Part shown: piece after piece, positions 29,057 through 41,832 of the stretch
Layout of the letters: each line of letters begins with the position of its first letter
Numbering within the stretch: the stretch's first letter is position 1
From: Moniliella sp. 'wahieum'
Lineage: Eukaryota
DNA: 64,000 bases
Direction: 5' to 3'
Assembly: GCA_003971905.1 (NCBI GenBank)
Contig: RSEE01000039.1
Location: 124,001-188,000, forward strand
Notes under the pieces: generated by a model
The model's database searches: none
The model's input: the letters and a program-made list of their open reading frames with translations, nothing else
What the model was told of the DNA's origin: nothing
Program-made: the position numbers and the translations under genes

Positions 29057-30399
29057 GGCGGCCGAGGGAGTGGGGGCAGGCGAGGCGAAGAGGCGCCGGC
29101 GGGGCGCTGCGTGCTGCTCCGTGCTGGAGGGGGTGGGGTGCGGTGGGCGGGGCCAGAAGGCGGCCCAAGGCGCAGGGTTGGACGCAGCACCCGCTGCAGC
29201 TGCTGCACGGAGACACGGCCCCCCTGCCCCACCCCTGCCCCGCGCGGCGGCGCCCATCACACGCATCACACTACCCCGCGGGGCACAGGGCCGCACTCGG
29301 CGCGTCTCCCGGCATCCGCGCAGCCACGGCAGCTTTTCACAGCAGCCCCACGCACTGGAGCAGCCTCGGATCTCAGTCCATCCCCAGCTGTCCAACAAGA
29401 GCAGCACACCATTTGCCCCGTCTTCAACACATCCATTCATTCATCATCCATCCACCCATCCCTCCATCCATCCGACTGGGGTTATTTTGCAGATCACGCA
29501 CGTGTCGTGGCTAACAGCACCAAGTCCACTGTGGGGCTCGGGCAAACGTGGAGTGCAACTCAGCTTGCTTTTCTGCCGTCCATGGTCCTTTTCCCCCGAC
29601 CTTGGCACATCCTACTGGTGCAAGAATAGTATTGACAGAGCTTAAGGCTGGGAACAAAGAAATTAGCGCTGCGCCTAAACCGACCTGCTCATCCGGCTTG
29701 TGTTTGCTTGCTGGCGCCAAACGTTGAATAGGCTAGAGGACCATCTGGCGCATGCCATAACGGCAGGCTGGAGCCAAGGTTGGAAGCGCCTAGAAACAGA
29801 GCTGGGTCAGAAGGGAAGAGGGAAGAGACACGGCTTGATTGAAGGGGTTCGCCAGAGGCGTCCGTTGTTGGCCATGTGGGCGTCTCGAACACTTCGCTCA
29901 CGACATGTGCCATAGTGGACTTGAGGAGCGTGAGGGAAGCATCAAAAGGTGGACAGGTAACTGATGATGCTCTCGCTAGTGCAGGTGAGTGGTTGGAGCC
30001 GATGGCGGAGGGAGGCGTCGAAGGGGGGAGCCCACCAGGGCCCACCCTTACCGAACGCGAACCCTAGCCATCGCTGCCACCGCCCACTGTCCAACTTATC
30101 AACGACCCCTCCCGCACATGCCCAGTGTCATGTATGTCACGCGTCACATGTCATCACTCGTCGATCCTACATTGATCACGCGATCATCCTTGCCTCCGTG
30201 CTGACCGATGACCTGAGCAGCGGTCGGTGCGACCCCACCCCCGCCAGTGCTTGTTGCGAGGCGTAACGCGTAACACGTAACCCCCCCGCCTTCTACGCTG
30301 CCTCACCCGACGGCTCTTTGGGCGCAACCGACAGACAGCTGGAGGGGAAGGATACTGGCCGTCGCACTCCGTCTCGGTGTGCCTCGTGCCGTGCTGGGC

Positions 30400-31600
30400 G
30401 TCGCCCCCACGCCACTTTTGCTCTCGCTCACCTCGCCAATGTGCGCGCCAAGCACACCGACGCCCCGCTGCCCCCCCAGCCGGGCGACCAGTTCGCAGTC
30501 AAGTTGCGGAGAATGCGACGGCGGAGCAGGCGCAGAAGATGCGCGACATGCAATCCCAGTTCTTGTAGCGCTTCATCAAGAGCGGCCGCTATGCCTCGGG
30601 CAACTTCCTACCGCAAAACGTCAAGCTCGCACCTACTTCGCCCTTGCCACGCCTCGTGCTATTGCCCATCCGGAAGAACATCCACGTCCACCGCACGGGC
30701 AAGAGCCGGTGGAACAACTTTATGACCCCGCGACCCAATGGCGATTGTACCTCCACCGTTCCCATCCACAACTCGGCGCGGTCGAGTTCCGTGTCCCCAG
30801 CTAGGCACCAAACCTCTGGTTATAGCCATCAAACCCGCGGCGCATGCTTCGGCCCAGACCGAGACGCCGCACAATGTGGTGGAGCTTGTAAAACGGTACC
30901 CGCGTCACTCTCATTGATCCGGATGTCCGTGGTATTCTGCGGTATTCTGTGCCCCCGGTTTCGTATTCTCTGCTCAAGGTTTTCGACGTGATCCCTGTCA
31001 GCGAAGCGAAGCATTCGACCAATAACCGCGGCCCGGTGAACAAGGAGAACGACGAGGCGCACAAGGAAGAGTATGGTAACATTGTTGTTCCTGTCAGGCT
31101 CCACGAGGGAATGCTGGGCCGGGACCCGTCCTATCGCGCATGGGAGACGTCCGAGCTGCGTCTCAAGTCATCGTTTTTGTTGCACCAGTTGTGGTGTGCG
31201 CGTTTATGAACGCAACAAGCTCTCCTCTGTGTGGGCCGAAGTGCGGCGGTTAGAGATGCGGGAGATGATGGAACTGGGTCAGAACATCATCTACCACCTG
31301 TACAAGTTGCGCTGGACCCAACGGCGCATCAAGAGAACGCTTCTGGAACGGTCCGAGGCGTTGCAGGATGCACGGGCGATGGAAAAAGCTAAACGTCGCC
31401 ACTGGGAGCGCGAGACGATGAACGAAGCTGAGTCGAACGCACCCAGGCGTGGCCGTCAGTACCGCCGCCACGCTGACGATCCCCCACCGGGATGGCTCAA
31501 CCCCAGGCGTAGCCTCCATTTCTCTCCCTCACGACGCATCCCAATGACTCTTTATCGACGCGTGCGGGTGGGTGTTATGCCCAATCTATCACCTGTCTGG
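30400..31600 (+). pseudogene. Decayed or frameshifted coding-like region of unknown family
   Basis: Protein-like fragments such as CCTSCGVRVYERNKLSSVWAEVRRLEMREMMELGQNIIYHLYKLRW are broken by stops and frameshifts. No family recognised. Confidence 0.3.
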
Positions 31601-31984
31601 TTGATCTGGTTTTAGTTTGTATAGGGGTCTCATATCCTCCGTTCGTTTGCCTGGTAAACCCCAAGAGATGATTGAAGGGCAAAGAAGGTCACACGGAGGG
31701 GTCCATCTGAACTATGAATATTCGAACAATGAGTGGAGAGAAGGGAATGAGGGTTGTGAAAACATAGAGAAGCGCGTGCGTGTTTGTGTTGGTTGAATGC
31801 AGATTCGTGAGGCCCGACTTGACACACCCTTTTGAATAGTGTGCCTCAATACATGGACAGGGCCAAAAGAAAGAGAACGCGGAAGGAGGAAGAAAGAGTA
31901 TCTGCTGCTGATTGCTCTTTTCTTAACGGGGGGGGACAGCCAAAAAAGGAGAAAAAGAGAAAAGGTACACGATGATCCAGCTTT

Positions 31985-33418
31985 CTAATCAAACCCGACA
32001 CGCTTGTTGGCCACGTCAAACGAGACCACCTGCAACAGGAAAGGAGGTCAGTACTACCAGATATGTATGGAGTGTGGCATGGTTGGTCGGGGGGGGGGAG
32101 AACGTACGGTGTTGCGGAAGAGGGCGTCACCCGTGACCCAACTGTCAGTGCCCATGTCTTGGCCAACTACGGCAAACACACACTTGCCATCGTCATCCTT
32201 GCCATAAGATGTAGTAGCTTCATCAAGGGAGATGGTCTTGGAGCCAACGGTCATGCTCACCTTGGGCGGGGAGGCGCAGTCAAACGAAGCCGTGACCGAG
32301 CCTAGTAGGTCACGCTGAGCCTTAAGCCCCAGCGACTTGTAGAGCTGGGTGGCCTGGGCAGTGGGGGCTATAGTAGCAAGGAAAACATGGACAGAGACCT
32401 CTCGCGTCAGCTTATCATGATTTGTATCGTGTGTGAAGACAATGACCGCCATCATGAAACAGAGAGAGATGATGTGTACGTACCCACAATCAACGTCGTG
32501 CCCGAATCAATGATGGCCGAGATGGACAGCTGGTTAATCTTGGCATTGACGGTCCAGTATGCCGCCTCTGTCACTGGCACATACACGGCGGTAGAGCTAA
32601 GCGAGCCGAGAGTCAGAGTCGATTGCGAGTGGTTCCGCAGCTTGAACATGAACCCTTCCTGGTCCAGTCCACCAGCCTTGATGAGTGATTGGAAGAAGGG
32701 CTCTTTTTGCTTAAAGGTGCAAATTGAAGGAAAGGCCATCCCACTGATGCCCTGGCTGTTACCGTCACTGCGGAGGAACGACGTATTTGAGAGGCCAATG
32801 TAGGCTTTGTCGGCCGACAAACCGCCAATAGCCAGGGTGTCCGAGTACACCTCACCGGATGCGCGGGTACCGTCGCCATAGGAAGTGTTAAACGTGGTGC
32901 CTGTGTTCTTGGATGTGCTCGATTTGGAGGGAGAGTAAGCGTTTGGAACAACCAGGGTGTCCGCACTGCCCGTGTCAAAGTCGTTTCCAAAAGGCGAAGA
33001 TGAGCTATACTATATCCCACTTCCTGTCATCCGCATTCAGAGGAAAGGACGAACCTAGCTCGATCAGCTGGCCGCCCCACTTAGCCTGTCCGGTCCAAAG
33101 AGCACCGTCCTCCTGTACGCCGAGAGGGATGCTGCCCGTGCCACGGTGGACGAGGTGAGTGGCATCGTGCGCGTGCTTTTGCCAACGTTGCGCTCATAGT
33201 TGGTCAATCCAGTGGCATATTGGTACGCAAACGAAGAAGTTCTTTAGAGAGCTTGTCCTTGTCCACCACACCGTCACTCAAGATGTTACGTTCGCTGTTG
33301 CGCATCAGAGGCATCGTGCTGGAGCGCCGGCTGGTGGAGAGCAAGGGAGCAGCCAGGGCGCTTGTGGCATCAGCGCCAGCACGGCAAGAATAACCAGACT
33401 GTTACGAATGAGCTGCAT
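31985..33418 (-). CDS. Secreted pepsin-like aspartic protease (family A1), about four introns
   Basis: Signal peptide MQLIRNSLVILAVLAL; DGALWTG; catalytic FDTGSAD and IDSGTT motifs; flap YGDG; WVTGDALFRN; final VVSFDVANKRVGFD stop; GTAC/GTTC donors with CTRAC-YAG. Confidence 0.9.
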
Positions 33419-36400
33419 AATGAAAACGTTCGTGAGCAGCGTTGGATGCTAGGAAAGTGGAAAGAGAGGTGGGTGTGGGCGTGAGATGTGTTGAGGAACG
33501 GAAAATGGAAGGAGAGTGGATGCGGGAGAGGGTCTTATGAGATTGGCCTCAAGAGGGCATATACTCGTCTTTGGGAGCTGCTGTGTCAAGATTACCTTAC
33601 ATAACCCCGCACACTGTGCAGGAGAGTGTGTCGCGGAGAAGAGAATGCTGTGTGCCATGCATCGTGGGAGAGTAAGCGGATGTTTGTGGCCTAATGCTGT
33701 TTCGCTCTTCTCGGCCACCACACATATGCACATCCTATAGGCCGTGTAGCACACAAATGATCAATATGCATGAGTTGGGTGGTCCGAAAAGCCCTGAGAC
33801 ATGTTTTTGGAGTGCGGGGGCAAACGTGTGAGCTTAACTTAGTCACTGTGCCCTTGGATCTCCCTTTGAGTACCACACAGAATTGAACTGTGTCTATATA
33901 AAAGCGCTTTGCAGACTTATATTGTGTGTGTGTATGGTTTCGTCCTACCAGCAAGGATTGTGAGATAGGGAGTGGTCGAGATGCACGGGACTGCCAGGGG
34001 CGGTAGCAGAGTAGTCCCGATACCCGCACAGGTTTTATTTACAAAGTCCCTATAAGCACGTTTCCAGTGGTCTGGGGGTGGGCAAGCTATATATAACCCC
34101 CACAGCACTGGCACTACATATACTAAGTACCAACATATCAGTCCACAGTTTGATTGTGTGTTTTTGATGAACGTTATTGTGATCCCTGCACAATGACATC
34201 TCAAGCTAGAATATCCTCTCTCTGTTCGACAAGGCAAACAAGGTAATCTGCGCCGTTTGGGCACCCATTGAAGCCACAGCACGGCTAGGAGCGGTATGAG
34301 CAACAGTATATACCAGCACGGAGTGACCTGTGCATGTGAGATCGATGGCCAATGATGAATGTTCAGTCGATCATAGCCTCTCCATTGCCGCTACACGTCT
34401 CAATGGCGCTCCATACTGAACGTTTTTGCTATGGGGGCATGTGGGCAGCCAGAGTCAGTGCATACTATTAATGTGTGAGGGACGATGAAAGTGGTCGAGA
34501 AAGGGCATGCAAAACCGGAGGGAGAAGGCGGTGAGACTCGATCTGTGGCGGGGTATACGGGTGGGGCATTACCCACACGATTAGCGATTGAGACCCAGGA
34601 CGGCGAGAATACCCATATTTTGTGTCTTTGCCGGCAGCAACAGGCGGCAGGCTATGCAGAGGGGGGCGATGGGGTATAGCTCTCTGGGCGGAATGGCACA
34701 GCTGTCATGTTCATATCGCTGGGATTTCACTGGCATATGTGCCCACACAGGAGGAGGAGCCGCAGGCGCAGTGCCCGAGCTAGTGGGGTGCGGATGTCCC
34801 CCCCCTTTCATCGATCCCATACTATAGCCCCGGCCTGTGCTTCAATTGCTATATATCAGTAGGGCCTCAGATCTGATCTGAGTCATGGGCTGAGCGGTTC
34901 ATCGATCATTTTCGCCCCACCCTTGCTATTTTATAGTCTGTCACCCATCTTTCTCCGAGTTGAAGTTGAAAACCACAAGCATGCTGTCTTGACGCGTGTG
35001 ACGACGTAGCTGCAGCAAGCTACCACCACAGCCAAGCCACCGCGGCCAGTGCAGCGTCCGACGCCGTGGCGCAAGTCAAGGCGAAGCATGCGGCCCAACT
35101 GAGCGGGCTCGAAGCGCAGCGCAGTAAGCGCTGTGATCGAGCGGGCGTCTCGGGAAAGTGGCTGTGCTCGTGTGGGACTTCAGAGGAAGAAGGTAAACCA
35201 CCGAAGACAGGGAGAGAAGCGACGATGGCCACGCTCCAAGCGCGTATTACCGATTGGCAGCGCAACTGAAGACGGCTCAGGCTGCCATGACGGAACAGGA
35301 AGCTGAGTGCTGGTCGGTCCCAAGTGGCCGAGGCGGGAAGCAAGATCCAAGTGATGGAGGCCAAGTTGCACGCTCACCACGACCTAACTTTCGAGGCACA
35401 GCAGAGGAAAACAGTTTTGCTGTCGGATGGGTCGTTGAGTGTATGGCGGATGGCTTTCCGGGCGGCAAGCGTTCAGAGGCCGAAGCAGAGTTTGATGAGA
35501 TTTGCAAAGTTGGCAATGGATGCACCGCGCGCCGGTCTCGCCGTAATCGCAAAACCCTGGACCTATGCCCCCAACCCCGACTCGCGCCGCAGCCAGCGCA
35601 GGGCCGAGGCAGATAGGTTGCGCAAGTACCATTAAGACCGCTATGGCGGGTTTGGCTATGGCCAACCGGGCACCGGACACCCTCCTCCCCCTCCTCATCC
35701 CCCTCCTAGTAGTCGTTTATCTTCTTCATCTTCTTCCTCGTCCTTCTACCTCCTCGGCGTCGCGGTCCCATATACAGCGAGGACCGCAAGCTGCCATCGA
35801 CCGTGCCCTGCGAGTACCCGGATGGCTGATGCCAATCGTGCGCAACGCGAGGGCGGCGGGCACCCCCCACCTCTTCCTCGTCTGCGACGAAAACGAAAAA
35901 TGGTGCAGGTGGCCAACTCATCATCGCCCAAGCACGCCTTGCGCTACCGCCCCATATTCCCCTTTCCCAGCATCACCGAGCAGCTGGGCCGACGCATTTC
36001 CATCTTCCCCAGCCCGTCGTAGACGACGACGGCATAATCAGCCCTCGTCCCGTCATTTATCATCGTCCATCAGCACCAGCCCTTCGTCACCCTTCTTCTG
36101 ATCCGGGCCCGTTCTCCCCTCGACTGTATCCGAAAGACAACCCCACTTTGGTCACTGAGGTGTCTGAGGCCCATCCTTCCGATCAAGATGCTAGGGTACG
36201 GATCTAGACCTGTCACTGCGAGTGGACCACAGGAACGCTAATCCGGACTGTACAGCCTCTTTCGTCGGCAGACGATGAAGAGCAGCAAGCAAGGTGGTGA
36301 TTAGTGCGAGTGCCAACGACAAGGCCAGGCGCGCCGAGAGGTTGGAACCCGCCCAGAGTCTGCATGAAGTCGGCACCATGAACCGACGGACGTTATTGGT

Positions 36401-36869
36401 TGGGCACACGTGCATGAGGTGATTCTCTACAAGCGACATAACCCAGTTTACATTGTGTCTGACCGGAAAAAGGCCTGCTCAGTAGACCAACACTTTCTCA
36501 AGCGTCACCTCCATGGTCATCTGTCCACCTGGAATACATACAGTCCACAATGAAGGACTCCTTTTGGCTTTCTCGCCCCGATCCATATGACCACGGCTTG
36601 GTCCATGGCAACCTCACCGCCGGTATAATTTTCTGTTGTACAGCACTCTGTCGCTGCGCTCATCCCCGATCCTTTTATACACCTGGCCAGATGATTCCTT
36701 TCCTCTGTTCCTCGATGGTCCAACTGACCGATGCGAGCCACGTTTGCATGTCACGACCGCGGGATCCCCAAGATTGGTCTACTGGGATGGATTGGCCAGC
36801 TATCTCTCCCTCTCGTGGGTCGTACGCACGTAACAGTAGTGAGACGTTTCGCATGCGATCGCACAAGAT

Positions 36870-37390
36870 GCGACATACGACGCATCCCCATGGGGAAAGC
36901 GGAGTTGAAATGTGCAATGCGAGCCCGCAGCGCGGTCGTCGGTACGCCGACAAAAAAGCTCGGCTGGAGACGTGGCCCGATGCACACAGGGCACCGGGGC
37001 AGTGAGCTGCGGACCTTCCACGAGCTTCCCCTGGCCTCCACCCCAGGAGCCCATCCAGGCCCATAGCTCTCGCTCTCCTTGGCTCTTGGATTCCATCTCC
37101 ATCCCTCATCGCCGGCATGTGGCCGTCGGTACGCCACACGGACGCTCTTCAACGGCCAACCGACGATTCTCCTCATGTTGCGGTCAAGGTATGTTCCATC
37201 TCTCCTCTCCTCCTCTCCACTGATCTAACCCTTCCATTTCGGCCAGGTACCCATGTCCTTCACGGCACGGCCTACCCTTTGGTTGGACCTCTGGCGTAGC
37301 AGAATGGAGGAGACAACCTACCTCCCCAAGTGGAGCCGTGACGGAGCACGATCCGTCGGCCTGGGCCGGTTTGGCCACCGGGGAATTCAG
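36870..37390 (+). repeat. Diverged paralogous segment, copy A; matches 44152-44260 and 45195-45452, including a shared intron
   Basis: Shared catccccatgggga..gcggagttgaaatgtgcaatgcgagcccgcagcgcggtcgtcggtacgccgacaaa and tgttgcggtcaag|gtatgttccatctctcctctcct..ccactgatctaacc..cag. Confidence 0.85.
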
Positions 37391-37448
37391 GTCTTCGTCT
37401 GGCATTATCCACCGTGGGGCTGGGTTAAGGCCTGCGGGTTCGGCCTGG

Positions 37449-37672
37449 GGCCTGAGGGCAGTGTGCTACCCGGCCTGCTCCGATATACATGTCACACCGC
37501 ACGGCAGCAGTCGAGGTAGCACAGTGTGCTGAAGCCGAGGCAGCGGCCTGAGGCTTGAGGGCAGTGTGCTGCCCGGCCTGCTCCGAGGTACACGTCACGC
37601 CGCATGGGAGCAGTCGAGGTAGCACAGTGTGCTGAAGCCGAGGCGCGGCCTGAGGCCTGAGGGCAGTGTGCT
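37449..37672. repeat. Tandem repeat of about 103 bp, 2.2 copies, with internal AGCAC-agt-GTGCT palindrome
   Basis: Units start at 37449, 37552 and 37654 (ggcYtgagggcagtgtgct...); CAGTGTGCT occurs five times. Confidence 0.9.
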
Positions 37673-37718
37673 CCCCGCCGTTGGGGCAAAAATGCCTCAT
37701 ATTGCCCCAACGGCGGGG
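37673..37718. other. Perfect 17-bp GC-rich inverted repeat (hairpin) with a 12-nt loop
   Basis: ccccgccgttggggcaa-aaatgcctcata-ttgccccaacggcgggg. Confidence 0.95.
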
Positions 37719-37808
37719 GGGCGGGGGCATAAATAACCCCGGATGGGTGCAAAACTTCTTGTCTCCCTCCCACCACCTACCTTCTCGAACCGCTCACCCA
37801 GTACCGAA

Positions 37809-38226
37809 ATGCTGCCCCTCCCGCCTCTGACCGAGTTCCAGTTCACCTTCCGCCTCTCTCCTCTGACCACGAGCCCGGGTCTGCCATCTAACTACACCCC
37901 CCCCCGCTACTGGCTGGCGCCCATCATTCCCATCCGAGCATCCGAACTTCCAAGTTGGGCACGATCGCAACGCCCAGCCAGGCCCTTCGATTCTGCGCAA
38001 GAAGCCAAAGGCGGCTGAGGAGCGGGTGCTGGCGCCAGCGGTGCCCCGGGCCAGGTTCGATGTCAACACGGCCGAGCCTCGCGTGACCGTGCGCAAGCGT
38101 CGCCATGGGCCGGTGGTGGTGGAGGTGTATTGCCCAGAGGTGGAGATGCAGGACGCGTGGGACATGGTGGAGGAGGTGTATTGCCCTGAGGTGGAAATGG
38201 TGGACGCATGGGACCTGGACCAATGA
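37809..38226 (+). CDS. Small hypothetical protein (one frameshift) with a C-terminal 17-aa tandem repeat
   Basis: TAAATAA about 75 bp upstream; MLPLPPLTEF start; PSILRKKPK..PRARF; EVYCPEVEMxDAWD twice; T-rich 3' region. Confidence 0.4.
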
Positions 38227-38316
38227 CTGGCTTTGTTTTCGTTTTCGTTTTCGTCTTTGTTTCGTTGTTGTGTTGATCGTTGAAGAATGAGATTGGTTTA
38301 AAACTACAATGGTTGG

Positions 38317-38497
38317 TGTCACAGTCGGGGCTAAGGCGAGGGAGACCAGGATCGGACTAGGCCAAGGGGTGTAGCAATCGTTCGTGGGGAAGAAGCAAGA
38401 ACAGAGGACATGGTGCGAAGTGGAAGGAACAGGGAAGGAGCGAGACGCTCGAGACGAAGAAATTGGAAATGGGAGCGAGATCAGCCAAACTATGACA
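38317..38497 (-). repeat. 3' LTR (181 bp)
   Basis: tgtcacagtc...aactatgaca, adjacent to the polypurine tract. Confidence 0.96.
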
Positions 38498-38539
38498 TTG
38501 CCCCCTTTCAGACCTCATCTCCCGGGCGGCGACGGAGGC

Positions 38540-40484
38540 GAGAGAGGGCGAGTCGGCGGGCATGGGAGACAGGCTTATCGGGTGGGTAGAGGGCGTGGAA
38601 ACGGACCACTGGCTCGGCGTCATGAGACATGTCCGCAGCGGGTACCCACTCCCGCTCGTGGACAGGATAGCCCCGGAAGTGAACAAAGTACTCAATGCGG
38701 CCACCACGACCCTTGCGGCGAGAGTCGAGGACATGTTCAACCTCGTGATGAACCGCACCATCATCAGCATACTCGGGGAGAGGAGGGGGGGCTCAATCAA
38801 GCGGGCAGGGACCACGTCACCAGGGGTGTAGGCTCGCAAGCGGGACACATGGAACACGTCATGGAGGTGTAGGTAGTCGGGGAGGCGGACCTGGTATGCG
38901 GCGCGGCCCACGGCGCGGACAATGGGAAAGGGGCCGAGGTAGCGATAGTCGAGGCCGTCAGAAGGCCGCTGGCTGGCCACATAGCCGTCCCGACGGAACC
39001 AAGACAGGCTGGCCAGCAGTGAAGGAAGCCGCCTCGGTGCGCTGCTGATCGGCATAATTTGTAGCGGTCTTGGGCCGCGGCGAGCGTGCGGCGGGCCACC
39101 GCCTGGGCCGAGCGCAAGTCCTCCAAATATGACGCAGCATCGGGCACGGGCGAAGTGGAGGGCTCCAACTCCCCCGGGGAGAGTAACCATAGGTGAGGAC
39201 AAAGGGGGACTGGTGGGTGCTCGAGTGGGAGGACGAGTTGTAGGCGAATTCGGCCGTGGGGAGGAGGTCGAACCAGTTGGACTGCTGCTCGTCGAGGTAG
39301 CAGCGGAGGTGCTGTTCGAGGATCTGGTTGAGTCGCTCAGTCTGGCCGTCCGTCTGGGGGTGGGACGCGGTGCTGAGGCTCGACTTGATGCCCAAGTCGG
39401 CACACAAGGCTTGCCAGAAGTGGCTTGTGAAGGTCGGTCCCCGATCACTCACCAGATCCCGGGGAAGGCCATGGTAGCGAAAGACATGGTGTACAAACTG
39501 GCGTGCGAGCTGGGGCGCAGTGTCCGTCGTGTGGGCGGGAATGAAGTGACCCATTTTGGTACAACGATCCACCACCACCAGAATCGCGTCGTAACCATTG
39601 GATCGGGGAAGCTGGGTAATGTGGTCCATCGTCAAGTGGGTCCACGGGCCTTGGGGAGGGGAAAGGGGCTGAAGGGGTCCGGCGGGTTGGTGGCAAGGCG
39701 CTTTGGTCCGTTGGCAGCGGTCGCACGAGCGCACGTAGGCCCACACGTCGGCTGACAGGCGGGGCCACCAATATTGAGCGCGGACACGGGCCAACGTCTT
39801 GTCGCGCCCTTCATGGCCCGCCAATGCCGAGTCGTGGGCTTGGTGGAGAATGGCAGCGCGGATCGGCCGGTCGCCGGGGACGTAGACCTGGTTTCCGTGC
39901 CACAAAAGACCGTCGCGGACCGTCAAAGCATGGGGAGGTGGGCTTGGAGCCGTAGCAAGGGACCAACGAGGGTCACGAGGCACGAGTTGGCGGATGCGCT
40001 GTCGAATCTCGTCGGCAGACGCTCGCTCCACCACCGGTGTATCGGGGTCCGCCGCCATGAGCTTGAGGGCGGCGGCAGAACGTTCGGACATGGGCTCGGC
40101 CAGTACTTGAGGTGCCGCGCCAGCGGGCCGGGAGGGAACCGAGGAGGGAAAAGGAATCGAGTTGACAGAGGGGGGCGAGATGGGGTTAGATGAGGAGGTG
40201 GACTTGGGCCGGGGCCGGGCGAGTGCTGGTGCTGGTGCGTAGTCTTGGTCTTGGGCTGGTCTGGGTGCTGGGGCTGGTCTTGGGGCTGGGGCTGGTCTTG
40301 GTGCTTGGGCTGGTCTTGGGGCTGGGGCTGGTCTTGGGGCTGGGGCTGGGCTTGGGGCTTGGGCGGGAGTTGGGGCTTGGGCGGGAGTTGGGGCTGGGGC
40401 TGGGCTTGGGGCTTGGGCTGGGCTTGGGGCTTGGGCGGGAGTTGGGGCTGTGGCCGGGGTACAGTCGTGGAAGGCATATGGTGA
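38540..40484 (-). CDS. Pro/Ala linker, retroviral-type integrase (HHCC, DDE core, GPF/Y) and chromodomain; 3' part frameshifted
   Basis: AHDSALAGHEG..YWWP..SCDRCQR; TMDHITQLP, VSDRGPTFTSHFW, HPQTDGQTERLNQILEQHLR; YLGPFPI..LHDVFHVSRL; HEVEHVLDSRRKGRGGRIEYFVHFRGYPVHEREWVP. Confidence 0.93.
40225..40450. repeat. (GGGGCT/TGGGCT)n hexamer minisatellite inside the LTR element; G-quadruplex-prone on the plus strand
   Basis: Visible array gggctggggctggtcttggggct..., encoding APAPRP/AQAPSP in the integrase frame. Confidence 0.9.
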
Positions 40485-41660
40485 TCACGGCACTGCGCCT
40501 TGAGCGCGGCGCTCGGTGCGCCGGGGCCGCTTCAGCGGTGGCGGGTGACTGCGCTGAGGTCCATGGGCTCCGCTTCGGGCGACGAGGGCCGAAACCAATG
40601 ATTGCCGCCCGATCCCGGGGAGATGGCGGTACCATGAGCGCCCAGCGATTGCGATTGGTCGATGTCAATGGCCGCTGTGCGCAGTTGTTCGAAACTGATC
40701 CGTCCCAAGTGAGCCGACTCGCCGCGGGAGGCGATTGCGTCACGCACCCGCGGCTTCAAGCCGTACAGAAAGCAATAGTAGCGGTCCTCATCCGACGCGT
40801 TGGGGTTCCAGCGACGCAGCAGAACCGTGAACGTAGCGGAATAGTCCGCTGCAGATCCCGTCTGCCGAAGACGACGAAACTCCTCAAACGCCTTCAGCGC
40901 CGGGTTGCGCTCGCCCCACTGCTCCAGGAAAGCTGCGCGAAACGCAGGCCAAGACTGGAGGGCGGGTGTGGTGCGCGCCTCCAGGGGAAGGGCCACCTCC
41001 GAGCCGAACTGCTCGACCCAAGTGAGGCCTCTCCCTGCAGCAGGCCCATGAAGCGGTCGATCCATGCCGCCGCGCCCATATGCGTGAGGGCGACGCGCGC
41101 GTAAATCTCGAAGGAGGTGACGACGTGCTGGGCCTGGACCGGTCACGAGAGTTGGGATTCGCACCAGACGACGGGCGGAAACGAACGGGCTCGAACATCT
41201 TAGGCTCTTCCGACACCGTGTTCGGGATGGCAGTCAGATCACCATAAGGCCCAGGGGCGGGAGCGGGGGCGGGGGCCGAGGACACCACGCCAGTTTGAGC
41301 CTCCCGTACCGAGGCGGCCAACCGGGCCTCTTCCGCGGCAAGCGCCGCCTCCTCCCGCCGCTGACGGAGGCGGTGCTCACGGCGCTTCGCCTCTTGCTCA
41401 TCCTCGAAAGCGCGGCGCTTCGCCTCTTGCTCATCCTCGAAAGCGCGGCGCTGGTCCTCCTGGGCTGCAAGGTAGGCCTGATTTTCCCGGGCCTCCGTCA
41501 ACAGAAGCTGGCGCATTCTGCGGGCCTCATCGACCCGACGCTGAGCGGCCTCGAGGCCCAGCCCGGACAGGTCGGAGGCAGGCAATGTATACCCCGGGGC
41601 GCGGGCGCAACAGACGGAGCTGCATGGGGGGGTCCAGAGGGGCCAGCCGGGTGGAACCAC
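40470..41660 (-). CDS. Gag: coiled-coil N-terminus, Retrotrans_gag domain, EPMDL motif and degenerate zinc knuckle
   Basis: RRAFEDEQEAK twice; SWPAFRAAFLEQWG..AFEEFRRLRQTGSAADYSATF..FLYGLKPRVR; EPMDLSAV; ERRAQG..HDC. Confidence 0.88.
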
Positions 41661-41832
41661 TCCGGGCCATCGTCGTCGAACGGAGCGTCAGAGGGGGGGT
41701 CGGACGGGGGTCGGATTGGGCCGCGCCGCGCGATGGGTTGCGGCGCGCTAGGGTACTGGGGTCAGGGGGGGTTGTCGTGGATCGAGGACATCTCTGGTCG
41801 GGCTCGCCTGTTGACGGTTAGACGAACGATAA

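Noticed and set aside
34900..36100. Coiled-coil-like plus-strand fragments
   Set aside because: Broken by stops and frameshifts with no identifiable family; too weak to annotate.
36513..36790. JmjC-like (PPGIHTVHNEG) or kinase/APH-like (LVHGNL) motifs
   Set aside because: Short isolated matches in different frames, bounded by stops, with no supporting motifs.
37449..37672. CRISPR-like repeat-spacer array
   Set aside because: Eukaryotic context, and the intervening sequences are themselves repeated, so it is a tandem duplication.
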